64,000 bases of DNA from Pyrinomonadaceae bacterium (GTDB taxonomy: Bacteria > Acidobacteriota > Blastocatellia > Pyrinomonadales > Pyrinomonadaceae): contig DASXTE010000018.1 of NCBI GenBank assembly GCA_036505595.1, forward strand, positions 6,915-70,914, given 5' to 3'. Made by a program: the position numbers and the translations under genes. The notes under the pieces are model-generated. The model was not told the DNA's origin. It made no database searches and saw nothing but the letters and a program-made list of their open reading frames with translations. Below, one piece after another: positions 28,062-36,678 of this stretch; position 1 is the stretch's first letter, and each line of letters starts with the position of its first letter.

Positions 28062-29318
28062 TTGGCGAACTCACTGGCGGTAATTAATTGCTCACAGCTC
28101 GTCACGATGGCGGGCGCGCGCCGGCCTCGCACGGGCGGCGATCTGCGCCAGCTCTCGATCATTGAAGACGGCGCAATGCTCGTCCGCGACGACCGCATTG
28201 AAGCAGTCGGCCGCCGGCGCGAAATCGAAGCGTTGATTGATGCCGAATGCGACGTGATCGACGCGGGCAAGCGCGCCGTACTGCCCGGCTTCGTCGATGC
28301 GCACACGCATCCGGTTTTCGCCGGCAATCGCGCGAATGAATTCGAGCAGCGCACGGCCGGCGCGACTTATCGCGAGATTGCCGCTCGCGGTGGCGGCATT
28401 CGCGCCACGGTGCGAGCAACACGCAACGCCTCGCTTACCGATTTAGTCAAAGCCGGCAAGCGTTACGCGGATTGGTTTCTGCGCTGCGGCACGACCACAG
28501 TCGAAGCAAAGTCAGGTTACGGCCTCACGCTCGAAGACGAGCTGAAGATTCTGCGCGCGATCAGGCAACTCGATCAGCAGACCTCGCTGAATTATGTTCC
28601 CACGTTTCTCGGCGCGCATGATATTCCTTTTGAATACAAATCGCGGCGGCAGACTTATGTCGATCTCGTAATCAAAGAAATGCTGCCGCGCGTGGCGGAA
28701 GAGAAGCTGGCGGAATATTGCGACGTTTTCTGCGAAGAGGATGTCTTCACCACAGACGAAGCCTGGCAGATTCTTTCCGCGGCGCGTTGTCATGGACTTG
28801 GACTGCGCGTCCATGCGGATCAGCTTTCGTTATCAGGCGGCGCAAAGCTGGCGGCCGAATTGAATGTGGCAACGGCGGATCACCTCGAACACACGGACGC
28901 AACTGGAATAGCCGCGCTGAAAGCTACGAAAGTCCAACCCGTCCTGTTGCCTGGTTCGGTTTACGCGCTCGGATCGAATCGCTATCCGGCGGCACGAGAC
29001 ATGATCGACGCGGGGCTGGCGGTCGTGCTCGCGACTGATTTTAATCCAGGTTCTTCACCGACACCTTCGATGGCTCTGATTCTTTCGCTCGCGTGCACGC
29101 AGATGAAGATGACGCCCTCCGAAACGATCACCGCGGCGACAATCAACGCGGCCTACTCACTCGGCCGTGGCGACGAAATCGGATCACTGGAAAGGGGCAA
29201 GCGCGCCGACTTCGTGATTCATGATGTGTCCGACTATCGCGAGCTGCCCTACTGGTTTGGGATCGAGCATCCGTGGCGCGTGTATACGGGAGGTAAACTC
29301 GCTTATGACTGTGCGTAG
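28062..29318 (+). CDS. hutI: imidazolonepropionase
   Basis: 418 aa. [37 protein letters not shown] and amidohydrolase metal ligands. No other hut genes in the window. Confidence 0.9.
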   Translation: MANSLAVINCSQLVTMAGARRPRTGGDLRQLSIIEDGAMLVRDDRIEAVGRRREIEALIDAECDVIDAGKRAVLPGFVDAHTHPVFAGNRANEFEQRTAGATYREIAARGGGIRATVRATRNASLTDLVKAGKRYADWFLRCGTTTVEAKSGYGLTLEDELKILRAIRQLDQQTSLNYVPTFLGAHDIPFEYKSRRQTYVDLVIKEMLPRVAEEKLAEYCDVFCEEDVFTTDEAWQILSAARCHGLGLRVHADQLSLSGGAKLAAELNVATADHLEHTDATGIAALKATKVQPVLLPGSVYALGSNRYPAARDMIDAGLAVVLATDFNPGSSPTPSMALILSLACTQMKMTPSETITAATINAAYSLGRGDEIGSLERGKRADFVIHDVSDYRELPYWFGIEHPWRVYTGGKLAYDCA

Positions 29319-29358
29319 CGCAAGTTGCTAACTTGCGTCCGCAACTTAACAAGTTGCG
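29319..29358. promoter_or_regulatory. two tandem 19-bp perfect palindromes (possible operator pair or hutI terminator)
   Basis: CGCAAGTTgctAACTTGCG (29319-29337) and CGCAACTTaacAAGTTGCG (29340-29358). They end 17 nt upstream of the -35 hexamer at 29375. Confidence 0.5.
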
Positions 29359-29374
29359 CTACAAAAAATTTCCG

Positions 29375-29403
29375 TTGACGACATTCATCTCCTAATTTAT
29401 CAT
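29375..29403 (+). promoter_or_regulatory. sigma-70-type promoter
   Basis: TTGACG, a 17-nt spacer, then TATCAT. Confidence 0.6.
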
Positions 29404-29417
29404 CACGCTTAACACTG

Positions 29418-29433
29418 GAAAGGAGGTGATCCA
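29418..29433 (+). promoter_or_regulatory. extended Shine-Dalgarno: 16-nt complement of the conserved 16S rRNA 3' tail
   Basis: GAAAGGAGGTGATCCA is the reverse complement of ..UGGAUCACCUCCUUUC, the conserved bacterial 16S 3' terminus. Confidence 0.7.
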
Positions 29434-29440
29434 AAAATAT

Positions 29441-29476
29441 ATGAGTACAAATCACAGTGAGGTGGCTGAGACCTAG
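29441..29476 (+). CDS. possible 11-codon leader mini-ORF (MSTNHSEVAET)
   Basis: The ATG is 14 nt after the GGAGG core. The TAG stop sits in the loop of hairpin ctgagac-cta-gtctcag (29466-29482), which overlaps a second hairpin (29478-29518). Confidence 0.35.
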   Translation: MSTNHSEVAET

Positions 29477-29587
29477 TCTCAGGATCAATCCTCGAAATGT
29501 TCGGATTGTTATCCTGAGTAAGTCACTGTGACACCTTCTTTCCGAAGGTCCGGAGACCGAAGGTCAATCCAAACAGTTCACCGGAAA

Positions 29588-29620
29588 GCCGCTCGGCGAG
29601 CAATCGCGAGCGGCTTTTCT
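29588..29620 (+). terminator. intrinsic terminator ending the leader transcript
   Basis: Stem gccgctcg(g)cga, GCAA tetraloop, stem tcgcgagcggc, followed by TTTTCT. It lies about 100 nt upstream of the GTG start at 29722. Confidence 0.7.
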
Positions 29621-29721
29621 TCTCTGCACGAAGTCACTAAACTCTCTTTGCATGCCATTGAACGCTGCTCGCGTCATGTGCATCCAAGAATCACGATAGA
29701 AAACTCCGCACCTTGTAGCAA

Positions 29722-32700
29722 GTGTCAGAAAAGCTGTCGAATTCCCCCGTTTTTTACGATCCGCGCGGCCGTCGCTGGCGTCACGTACGTCGCACGTGGC
29801 TGGCGCTGGGTGTCCTGGCGACAATCGTCGTCGGGATCTTTATTGCCAGCGTCCTCGCAAATCCAGTTCTACCGCACTTGAATCTGCGGCCGTTGGCAAC
29901 GCTTCCCCGCGCTTCCGACATTAAGCCAAAAGCACCCGCGCCGATCCCGAATGCGCGCGAACTAAGAGCGAAAAAAGCAGAAGCCGAACTGCAAAAGGTT
30001 TACCAGCAAGTGAAGCGCGTGCCGGGCCGCCGCTCAGAGTTCTTGCCCGTCGCGCCGCCCCCGGCGAACACTCCCCTTCCGGCGCCCGAGGCGGCTAACG
30101 GCAAACAGCTCGCCATCGGTTTTTACATCAATTGGGATGAATCGAGTTACGCGTCGTTGCAGCGCAACCTCGACCATCTCGATTGGATCGTCGCGCAATG
30201 GGCGCACATCGTAGATGCCAAGCCGGACGAAAATTCGATTGATACCGAAGTCGATATCAAGGCGCTCAATCTGATTCGCGAAAAGCGCCCCCAGATTTCG
30301 ATCCTGCCGATGGTGCAGAACCTCGATGACGAGAAATGGCAGCCGGACGTTTTGGCGCGCGCCGTCGCCGACGAACAGTCGCGGCAGAAACTAGTCGCGT
30401 CGTTGCTACAGTTCGTTACTGGTAACAAGTTCGCCGGCATCTGCGTTGATTTTGAAGAACCGAAGAAAGAAACGCAGCCGAACCTGCTCACGTTCATGCA
30501 GGAGCTGCACAACGCGTTTCAAGCGCGCGGCTTGCTGGTCGTGCAAGCGGTGCCTTTTGATGACGAAGCCTGGAACTATCGAGCATACGCTGCGGCCAAC
30601 GATTACCTGATGTTGATGGCGTACGACGAGCATTGGGCGGGAAACGTCGCAGGTTCAGTCGCGTCGCAACAGTGGTATGAGCATCTGCTCGCGCAACGCC
30701 TCCGAGATTTGGATCCATCGAAAACAATAGTTGCACTGGGCAACTATGGCTACAACTGGACGGAAGGCGCCGACAGTCCGGAAGAAGTCAGCGTCCAGCA
30801 AGCTCTGATCGATGCGATGGAGTCGGAGGCGCAAATCGACTTCGATGCCGACACGCGCAATCCACATTACGAGTACGACGAAGAGGACAACTCGCATCAC
30901 ATCGTGTGGTTTCTTGACAGCGTGACGGCGTTCAACGAGATGCGCGCGGCGAGCGGCTATCACCCGGCAGGTTACGCGCTGTGGCGGCTCGGCTCGGAAG
31001 ATCCTTCGATCTGGTCAATCTTCGGCAGCGGACAAGTGAACGTTGCTTCGGCAGATTCGCTGCGTCGCATCACGTATGGTTACGACGTTGACTTCGAAGG
31101 GACTGGCGAGCTGCTGCGGGTCGAATCGAGACCGCACGACGGCGCGCGCGGAATCTCGGTCGATCCTCAAACCGGTTTCATCGCTTCTGAAACCTACGAC
31201 AACAAGAACATCCCCACGTCCTACGTCATTGAACGCACCGGCGATCGCCCGGGCGATATTGCTCTGACCTTCGACGATGGGCCCGACCCAAGATGGACGC
31301 CGGCGATTCTCGATATTCTGAAGAAAGAAAATGTGCCGGCGACGTTTTTTGTGATTGGCAAGAACGGCGACGCCTACCCCGATCTGCTGCGGCGCATCGT
31401 CGACGAAGGTCACGAAGTCGGTAACCACACCTACACGCATCCGAACCTCGGCGAAATTCCCGGGCGGGTCGTCGATTTGGAATTGAACGCGACGCAGCGC
31501 CTGATTGAATCGATCACCGGACGCTCGACGGTGCTGTTTCGTCCGCCGTACTTCGGTGACGCGGAAGCCGACAAGCCGGACGAAGTCGAATCGGCGATCC
31601 GGGCGCGGGACCTGGGCTACGTGATGGTCGGGGTGCGCATCGACCCAAACGACTGGAAACCCGGCACGACCGCGGATCAAATAGTCAGGAACACCATAGA
31701 ACGCGCCGAAGACAAAAATCCTGACACCCGAGGCGAGGTCGTCCTGCTTCACGATTCGGGTGGCGATCGCAGCGCAACAATCGCGGCGCTCCCGCAATTG
31801 ATTCACGAACTTCGCGCACGTGGATACAAGTTTGTTCCTGTCTCGGAACTCGGTGGCTGGACCCGCGATCAAATCATGCCGCCGTTACCGTCGAGCGAAA
31901 ATTTGTACACGCGCACTGACAAGCTGACGTTTCTCACGCTTTCGATTGGCGGATGGCTGATGCAGTGGGCGTTCGTAATCGGCATTGCTCTTGGCCTGAC
32001 GCGGCTGACGGTGATTGGCGCACTCGCGTTTGCGCAGTGGGTCCGCTCACGACGCCGCGAGCATGAACACACCGGTGAGCAGTTCGAGCCGTTCGTGTCA
32101 GTCATTGTTCCGGCTTACGACGAAGAGCAGGTGATCGAAAGCACGATTCGCAGTCTGCTGAATTCCGACTACCCACAGTTCGAAATAATCGTGGTCGATG
32201 ATGGGTCGGCCGATCGCACAAGCGAAGTCGTGCGTGAACATTTCGCGAGCGAACCACTCGTGCGTCTGTTCACGTTAACTAATGCCGGCAAAGCGTCAGC
32301 GCTGAATCACGGTCTGCGTCACGCCAAAGGCGAAGTAATCGTTGCACTCGACGCTGATACGCAGTTTCCATCCGAAACGATTCGCGCGCTGGCGCGGCGC
32401 TTTGTCGATCCGAAGATCGGCGCGGTCGCCGGCAATGCCAAGGTCGGCAATCGCATCAACATCGTCACGCGTTGGCAGGCGCTGGAGTACATCACTTCGC
32501 AGAACATGGATCGACGCGCATTCGTCAGCTTGAACTGCATCACGGTGGTGCCGGGCGCCGTCGGCGCGTGGCGTCGCGACTTGATCGAGCAATGCGGCGG
32601 ATTCAGCAACGACACGCTCGCCGAAGATCAAGACCTGACGCTGCAAATTCGCAAACTCGGCTACAAGATCGGTTACGAAGAGGCAGCCACTGCCTGGACC

Positions 32701-33204
32701 GAAGCGCCCGATCGTTTGCGGACGCTGGCGCGGCAAAGATTCCGCTGGGCGTACGGAACCTTGCAGTGTCTTTGGAAACATCGCGGCGCGCTGTTCCGTC
32801 TACGATACGGAACGCTCGGATTGGTTGGCATGCCGAACGTGTGGATCTTCCAGGTTCTGTTTCCTTTGATCTCGCCCATCATGGATCTGATCGTGATCTA
32901 CACGTTGCTTTCGTCCGTTTACTATCGCTTCGAACAACCCACGGGGTTTTCATTCACGAACGTTCGTCAGGTCATGTTCTATTACGCTTTGTTCCTTGCG
33001 GTTGACTGGTGCGCGGCGGCGTTTGCGTTCCTGCTCGAGCGCAAAGAACGTTGGCGTCTGCTGTGGTGGCTGTTCCTGCAACGGTTCTGCTACCGCCAGG
33101 TGATGTATTACGTCATGGTCAAGTCAGTTGCCACGGCAGCACGCGGCGCCGTCGTCGGCTGGGGTAAGCTGGAGCGGAAAGCGACGGTGGAAGTACGGCC
33201 ATAG
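29722..33204 (+). CDS. fused GH18-like hydrolase / CE4 polysaccharide deacetylase / GT2 processive glycosyltransferase
   Basis: 1160 aa. N-terminal TM segment. GH18-like block GICVDFEEP ... LMAYDEH. NodB motif IALTFDDGPDPRWTPAILDILKKENVPATFFVIG. GT2 motifs VSVIVPAYDEEQVI, IIVVDDGSADRT and QRFRWAYG, followed by C-terminal TM helices. Confidence 0.85.
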   Translation: MSEKLSNSPVFYDPRGRRWRHVRRTWLALGVLATIVVGIFIASVLANPVLPHLNLRPLATLPRASDIKPKAPAPIPNARELRAKKAEAELQKVYQQVKRVPGRRSEFLPVAPPPANTPLPAPEAANGKQLAIGFYINWDESSYASLQRNLDHLDWIVAQWAHIVDAKPDENSIDTEVDIKALNLIREKRPQISILPMVQNLDDEKWQPDVLARAVADEQSRQKLVASLLQFVTGNKFAGICVDFEEPKKETQPNLLTFMQELHNAFQARGLLVVQAVPFDDEAWNYRAYAAANDYLMLMAYDEHWAGNVAGSVASQQWYEHLLAQRLRDLDPSKTIVALGNYGYNWTEGADSPEEVSVQQALIDAMESEAQIDFDADTRNPHYEYDEEDNSHHIVWFLDSVTAFNEMRAASGYHPAGYALWRLGSEDPSIWSIFGSGQVNVASADSLRRITYGYDVDFEGTGELLRVESRPHDGARGISVDPQTGFIASETYDNKNIPTSYVIERTGDRPGDIALTFDDGPDPRWTPAILDILKKENVPATFFVIGKNGDAYPDLLRRIVDEGHEVGNHTYTHPNLGEIPGRVVDLELNATQRLIESITGRSTVLFRPPYFGDAEADKPDEVESAIRARDLGYVMVGVRIDPNDWKPGTTADQIVRNTIERAEDKNPDTRGEVVLLHDSGGDRSATIAALPQLIHELRARGYKFVPVSELGGWTRDQIMPPLPSSENLYTRTDKLTFLTLSIGGWLMQWAFVIGIALGLTRLTVIGALAFAQWVRSRRREHEHTGEQFEPFVSVIVPAYDEEQVIESTIRSLLNSDYPQFEIIVVDDGSADRTSEVVREHFASEPLVRLFTLTNAGKASALNHGLRHAKGEVIVALDADTQFPSETIRALARRFVDPKIGAVAGNAKVGNRINIVTRWQALEYITSQNMDRRAFVSLNCITVVPGAVGAWRRDLIEQCGGFSNDTLAEDQDLTLQIRKLGYKIGYEEAATAWTEAPDRLRTLARQRFRWAYGTLQCLWKHRGALFRLRYGTLGLVGMPNVWIFQVLFPLISPIMDLIVIYTLLSSVYYRFEQPTGFSFTNVRQVMFYYALFLAVDWCAAAFAFLLERKERWRLLWWLFLQRFCYRQVMYYVMVKSVATAARGAVVGWGKLERKATVEVRP

Positions 33205-33240
33205 GCGGACCGAGTGACTACACGACCGCACTGCGAACGA

Positions 33241-33345
33241 ATTTGACATTTGACATTTGTCATCTGTCATTTAGTCATTTAGCAGGGCGTGTCCCTCGCT
33301 GAACCAATGGCAAATGAAAAATGTCAAATCCCAAATGTCAAATGG
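33241..33345. repeat. heptad-word hairpin (word ATTTGAC / CAAATGT)
   Basis: Left arm 33241-33282 reads ATTTGAC ATTTGAC ATTTGTC ATCTGTC ATTTAGTC ATTTAG. Right arm 33311-33345 reads CAAATGA AAAATGT CAAATCC CAAATGT CAAATGG. ATG 33307 of the next gene lies 2 nt upstream of the right arm, at the 3' end of the loop, so codons 2-13 are translated from the right arm. Confidence 0.8.
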
Positions 33346-34971
33346 ATTGTTGCTTTCGCTGTCCTTCTGCTTATCGCAGCCGGCTTCCGCATTTCCGTCG
33401 CGCATTGGTTGCCGAACGACTCGCCTGACGATGGACGCGTCTACGCGCAGATGGCGCGGAACGTTCTTGAGCAACATGTCTATTCCCACGATGCTGAACC
33501 ACCGTACAACCCTTCGTTGATTCGACTTCCGGGTTATCCGCTCTTTCTCGCGGCGATCTATGCGGTCTTCGGCCACGATAACAACGGTGCAGTCCGCGTC
33601 ATCCAGGCACTGATTGATACAGCGACGTGCGTACTGATCGCGCTGATCGCGTTTTTCTGGCAGCCTGACGAGAAGAAGAAACTTACGAGCGCGGCGGCGG
33701 CCCTCGCATTGGCCGTGGTGTGTCCATTCACGACGATTTACGCAGCGACGATCCTGACAGAAGTGCCAACCAATTTTCTGCTGATGGCCATGTTGGTTGC
33801 GGTGACGCTGGCTTTCAGGAAATCAACCACAGAGGGCACAGAGGAAGACAACCAGACAGAATTCAAGACTGCATTGGCTTGGTGGTGTGTTGCAGGATTG
33901 ATTGGCGGGCTGGCAGTGCTGATGCGACCCGACAACGGATTGTTTCTGGCGGCGGTCGGGATCACCCTGGTCGTTTCTAACCTTTGGCCTTTGGTTTTAG
34001 GTCTTTGGCAAAGACCAAAAGCCAAAGACCCAAGATCAAAGACCCGCATCGCGCGACTCATTGTCTCGGGCGCCGTTCTCCCTTTCGCATTCGTGCTGGT
34101 GCTCGCTCCGTGGACGATTCGCAACTGGCGCATCTTTCATCTTTTCCAACCGCTCTCGCCTGCTCACGCTGAAATGCCCGGCGAGTTTGTCCCGCACGGT
34201 TACCTGCTCTGGGTGCGCACTTGGCTCGACGACGATAGTTACGTCGCGCCGTTTCTCTGGTCGCTGGATACCGATGAAATCGATGTTGACGATCTGCCGG
34301 CCGGCGCGTTCGATTCCACCGAAGAAAAGAACCGCGTTGCGGCGTTGCTCGACAAATACAACAGTGCGGACGAGTCGGAGGCGCCAGCTGCGGACGAAGG
34401 AACCGAAACCAATCCCAACCCGAAAGCGACACCGCAACCTTCGCCTGAAGCCCAGAAGAACGAAGAAGAAGACAAAGGTGATGAGTCTGAAGCGTCTGAA
34501 GAACCGCCCTCGGTGGAGATGACGCCGGAGATTGATGTCGGCTTTGCCCAAATAGCGCGCGAAAGAATCGCGCGGCATCCGTTTCGTTACTACATTTGGC
34601 TGCCGATCAAACGCGCACGCACGATGTGGTGCGACACCCATTCGCAGTACTGGCCATTTGAAGGAACGCTACTGCCTCTCGACGACCTGGATTACGAACA
34701 TCATCAGCAAATCTGGCTGCCGCTGTTTGCGGGATTGACGGCCGTTTACACGCTGCTGGGTTTACTGGGTGCGTGGTTTTTGTGGCGTACGCGAAAACTC
34801 GACACGCGGCGGTGGCTGCTGCTAGTGACGCTCGCAATCCTCCTGAGACTCATGCTCTTTTCGTTTCTGGAAAATCCCGAGCCGCGCTACCTGGTAGAGT
34901 TCTTTCCGTTCCTGTCAGTGCTCGGTGGGCTGTTCGTTGGGCGGCTGTTGCCAGCCGAATTGATCAGGTAA
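33307..34971 (+). CDS. GT-C fold membrane glycosyltransferase (family 39 / ArnT-PMT-like)
   Basis: Multiple TM helices. First-loop motif LPNDSPDDGRVYAQMARNVLE and LPGYPLFLAAIY. Acidic low-complexity periplasmic insert. Confidence 0.7.
   Translation: MANEKCQIPNVKWIVAFAVLLLIAAGFRISVAHWLPNDSPDDGRVYAQMARNVLEQHVYSHDAEPPYNPSLIRLPGYPLFLAAIYAVFGHDNNGAVRVIQALIDTATCVLIALIAFFWQPDEKKKLTSAAAALALAVVCPFTTIYAATILTEVPTNFLLMAMLVAVTLAFRKSTTEGTEEDNQTEFKTALAWWCVAGLIGGLAVLMRPDNGLFLAAVGITLVVSNLWPLVLGLWQRPKAKDPRSKTRIARLIVSGAVLPFAFVLVLAPWTIRNWRIFHLFQPLSPAHAEMPGEFVPHGYLLWVRTWLDDDSYVAPFLWSLDTDEIDVDDLPAGAFDSTEEKNRVAALLDKYNSADESEAPAADEGTETNPNPKATPQPSPEAQKNEEEDKGDESEASEEPPSVEMTPEIDVGFAQIARERIARHPFRYYIWLPIKRARTMWCDTHSQYWPFEGTLLPLDDLDYEHHQQIWLPLFAGLTAVYTLLGLLGAWFLWRTRKLDTRRWLLLVTLAILLRLMLFSFLENPEPRYLVEFFPFLSVLGGLFVGRLLPAELIR
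33981..34044. repeat. heptad-word hairpin (word CCTTTGG / CAAAGAC) in frame inside a CDS
   Basis: CCTTTGG CCTTTGG TTTTAGG TCTTTGG, then CAAAGAC CAAAAGC CAAAGAC CCAAGAT CAAAGAC. It is translated as LWPLVLGLWQRPKAKDPRSKT between TM segments. Confidence 0.8.
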
Positions 34972-36649
34972 TCCGAAGCTTGCGGCTTCGCTCGCGCCAC
35001 CAGATCGTTCCAGTCAGCGTCAACAGCACAATTAGTGAGACGATCGAAATGACACCGCCAATGGTGCGGTCGCGCGTCCGGCGAAAGCTCACCTCGACAC
35101 GGTGATTTCCCGCGGGTACCGTAACGAGCACTTGCCCGGTGCCTTTGAAAGATTGCGCGCGACCCGACTGGCCATCGATAAAGACTTGCCAGGCCGGATA
35201 ATTCAGCAGCTTGAGCGCCAGAAGAGCCTCTCGCCTGGTTGTCGCCGAGAAAATCTTCTGCTCAACTGACCAGCGATCGATTTGCAGCTTCAGCTCGTCA
35301 GCGTCAACCAGGTCGCCGCTCTCGTCGACTTTTCGCAGCAGCGGCGCATGTTCTTCCAACGCGAATCTGTTTGAACCAATCGGCTGAAAGTTGGTCGTCG
35401 CGAAGTAACCCGCCTGGGAGGCAAACTTTTCAGCAACCGTCGGCACATCATGACCCGCCCATTTTACCTTAATTGACAACGCCACCGCCGACGCGCAAAT
35501 GAACACAGCCACCAACAAGAGAAACTTTGACTTCACTGGAGCAGCGGACGCGACCAGAACTGCGAACGCAACCGTGAGCACGGTCAGCCATCGCCAAGGA
35601 AATTGCAGAAACTGTAACTTCGGGAGGTGTCGCCATAGAATCGTACTCACCGGAAACATCAGCAGCGAAGAGACGAGCGCCAGTACCGCCATCGCCCAGC
35701 AGACATCTGAACGCATTTGCCGACGCTTCAAGTTCAACGCGATGGCAATTCCCGTCAGCAGCATGAGACTCACGGCGAGCGCTGAAACGATCCAATTGAA
35801 GGCTAGAAAATCAGGATGATTATTGAGCGAGAAAAGAAAGTTGCGCTCGGGATTTCCGTCGGTGGAAATCATCGAAGCCAAATCGATCCATCGCTGTTCC
35901 CACCACGCCGGCACGATGTAAAAGGCCGCCAGGCCAAATCCAATCGCCACCGAGACGGCCACAGGCAGCACTGGTCGCACGTCGCGCCGCAGGCCGCAGC
36001 ACACGACCAAAACGATAACGAGCGTGTAACCGGCAATCACCGCGGCCGGCGCGTTGGTCAGCCAAATCGCCGCCAACACGACCGCCAGTAACGGCATGCG
36101 CTTCCATTCGCCGCGCGCAATCCGGATGATGCCCCAGATCATCAATGGAAACAGCGCGGCCGCCAGCAGTTCCGCAAAGGCGCTGCGGTAATAAATGACG
36201 ATTACGTTGTAAGGATTTGCCGCGAACAACACTGCGGCGATCACCGCCTGCCGAGGGACGAGCCAATCGCTCGCCAGCTTGTACATGCACACTCCTGCCG
36301 CAAACAGGCCCAACCAAAAGAGAATGCCGGGCACAACTTTCCACGGCAGAATCGATCCGAGTGCGGCGCCGATCATTGCAGACGACGGCGGATAAAAGAT
36401 GAAGCGCGGTTCGCCAAAGCCGAAGTTCGACCATTCAGCCCAACGCGGAAACCAAATGCCCTCGCCCCACTGACCACGAATGTCCATCCAGGACGCGAGA
36501 TGCGCTTGCAGATCGTGTCCGGATGGGTTGCCAAGGAAACACATGGGGGCGACTAAAAGCGTCGCCGTTATCGCAGACGCGTACAAAGGAACCAACCAGG
36601 GCCGTCGGCGAGGGTCAGGTTCAATCAGGTCGATTTGCGACTCATTCAT
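34964..36649 (-). CDS. PTPS-related (PF10131-like) integral membrane protein, putative GT-C glycosyltransferase
   Basis: 561 aa. The N-terminal region GNPSGHDLQAHLASWMDIRGQWGEGIWFPRWAEWSNFGFGEPRFIFYPP is typical of this family. About 12 TM segments. Confidence 0.65.
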   Translation of the reverse strand: MNESQIDLIEPDPRRRPWLVPLYASAITATLLVAPMCFLGNPSGHDLQAHLASWMDIRGQWGEGIWFPRWAEWSNFGFGEPRFIFYPPSSAMIGAALGSILPWKVVPGILFWLGLFAAGVCMYKLASDWLVPRQAVIAAVLFAANPYNVIVIYYRSAFAELLAAALFPLMIWGIIRIARGEWKRMPLLAVVLAAIWLTNAPAAVIAGYTLVIVLVVCCGLRRDVRPVLPVAVSVAIGFGLAAFYIVPAWWEQRWIDLASMISTDGNPERNFLFSLNNHPDFLAFNWIVSALAVSLMLLTGIAIALNLKRRQMRSDVCWAMAVLALVSSLLMFPVSTILWRHLPKLQFLQFPWRWLTVLTVAFAVLVASAAPVKSKFLLLVAVFICASAVALSIKVKWAGHDVPTVAEKFASQAGYFATTNFQPIGSNRFALEEHAPLLRKVDESGDLVDADELKLQIDRWSVEQKIFSATTRREALLALKLLNYPAWQVFIDGQSGRAQSFKGTGQVLVTVPAGNHRVEVSFRRTRDRTIGGVISIVSLIVLLTLTGTIWWRERSRKLRIT

Positions 36650-36678
36650 TCGAAAGAAAACGAGCGCAGTGAGAATGG

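Noticed and set aside
29480-29570. Considered SRP RNA, a c-di-GMP riboswitch or another known RNA, because of GGTCCGGAGACCGAAGG and the multiple hairpins.
   Set aside because: By eye it lacks the conserved cores: SRP GGUCCGGAAGGAAGCAGCC, and GEMM-I GGCAAACC...GACGCAAAGCC. It is kept only as an unclassified structured leader.
31015-31872. 285-aa minus-strand ORF.
   Set aside because: It is antisense to the CE4 deacetylase domain of the 1160-aa synthase, whose motifs are unambiguous. Its composition is Arg-rich and featureless.
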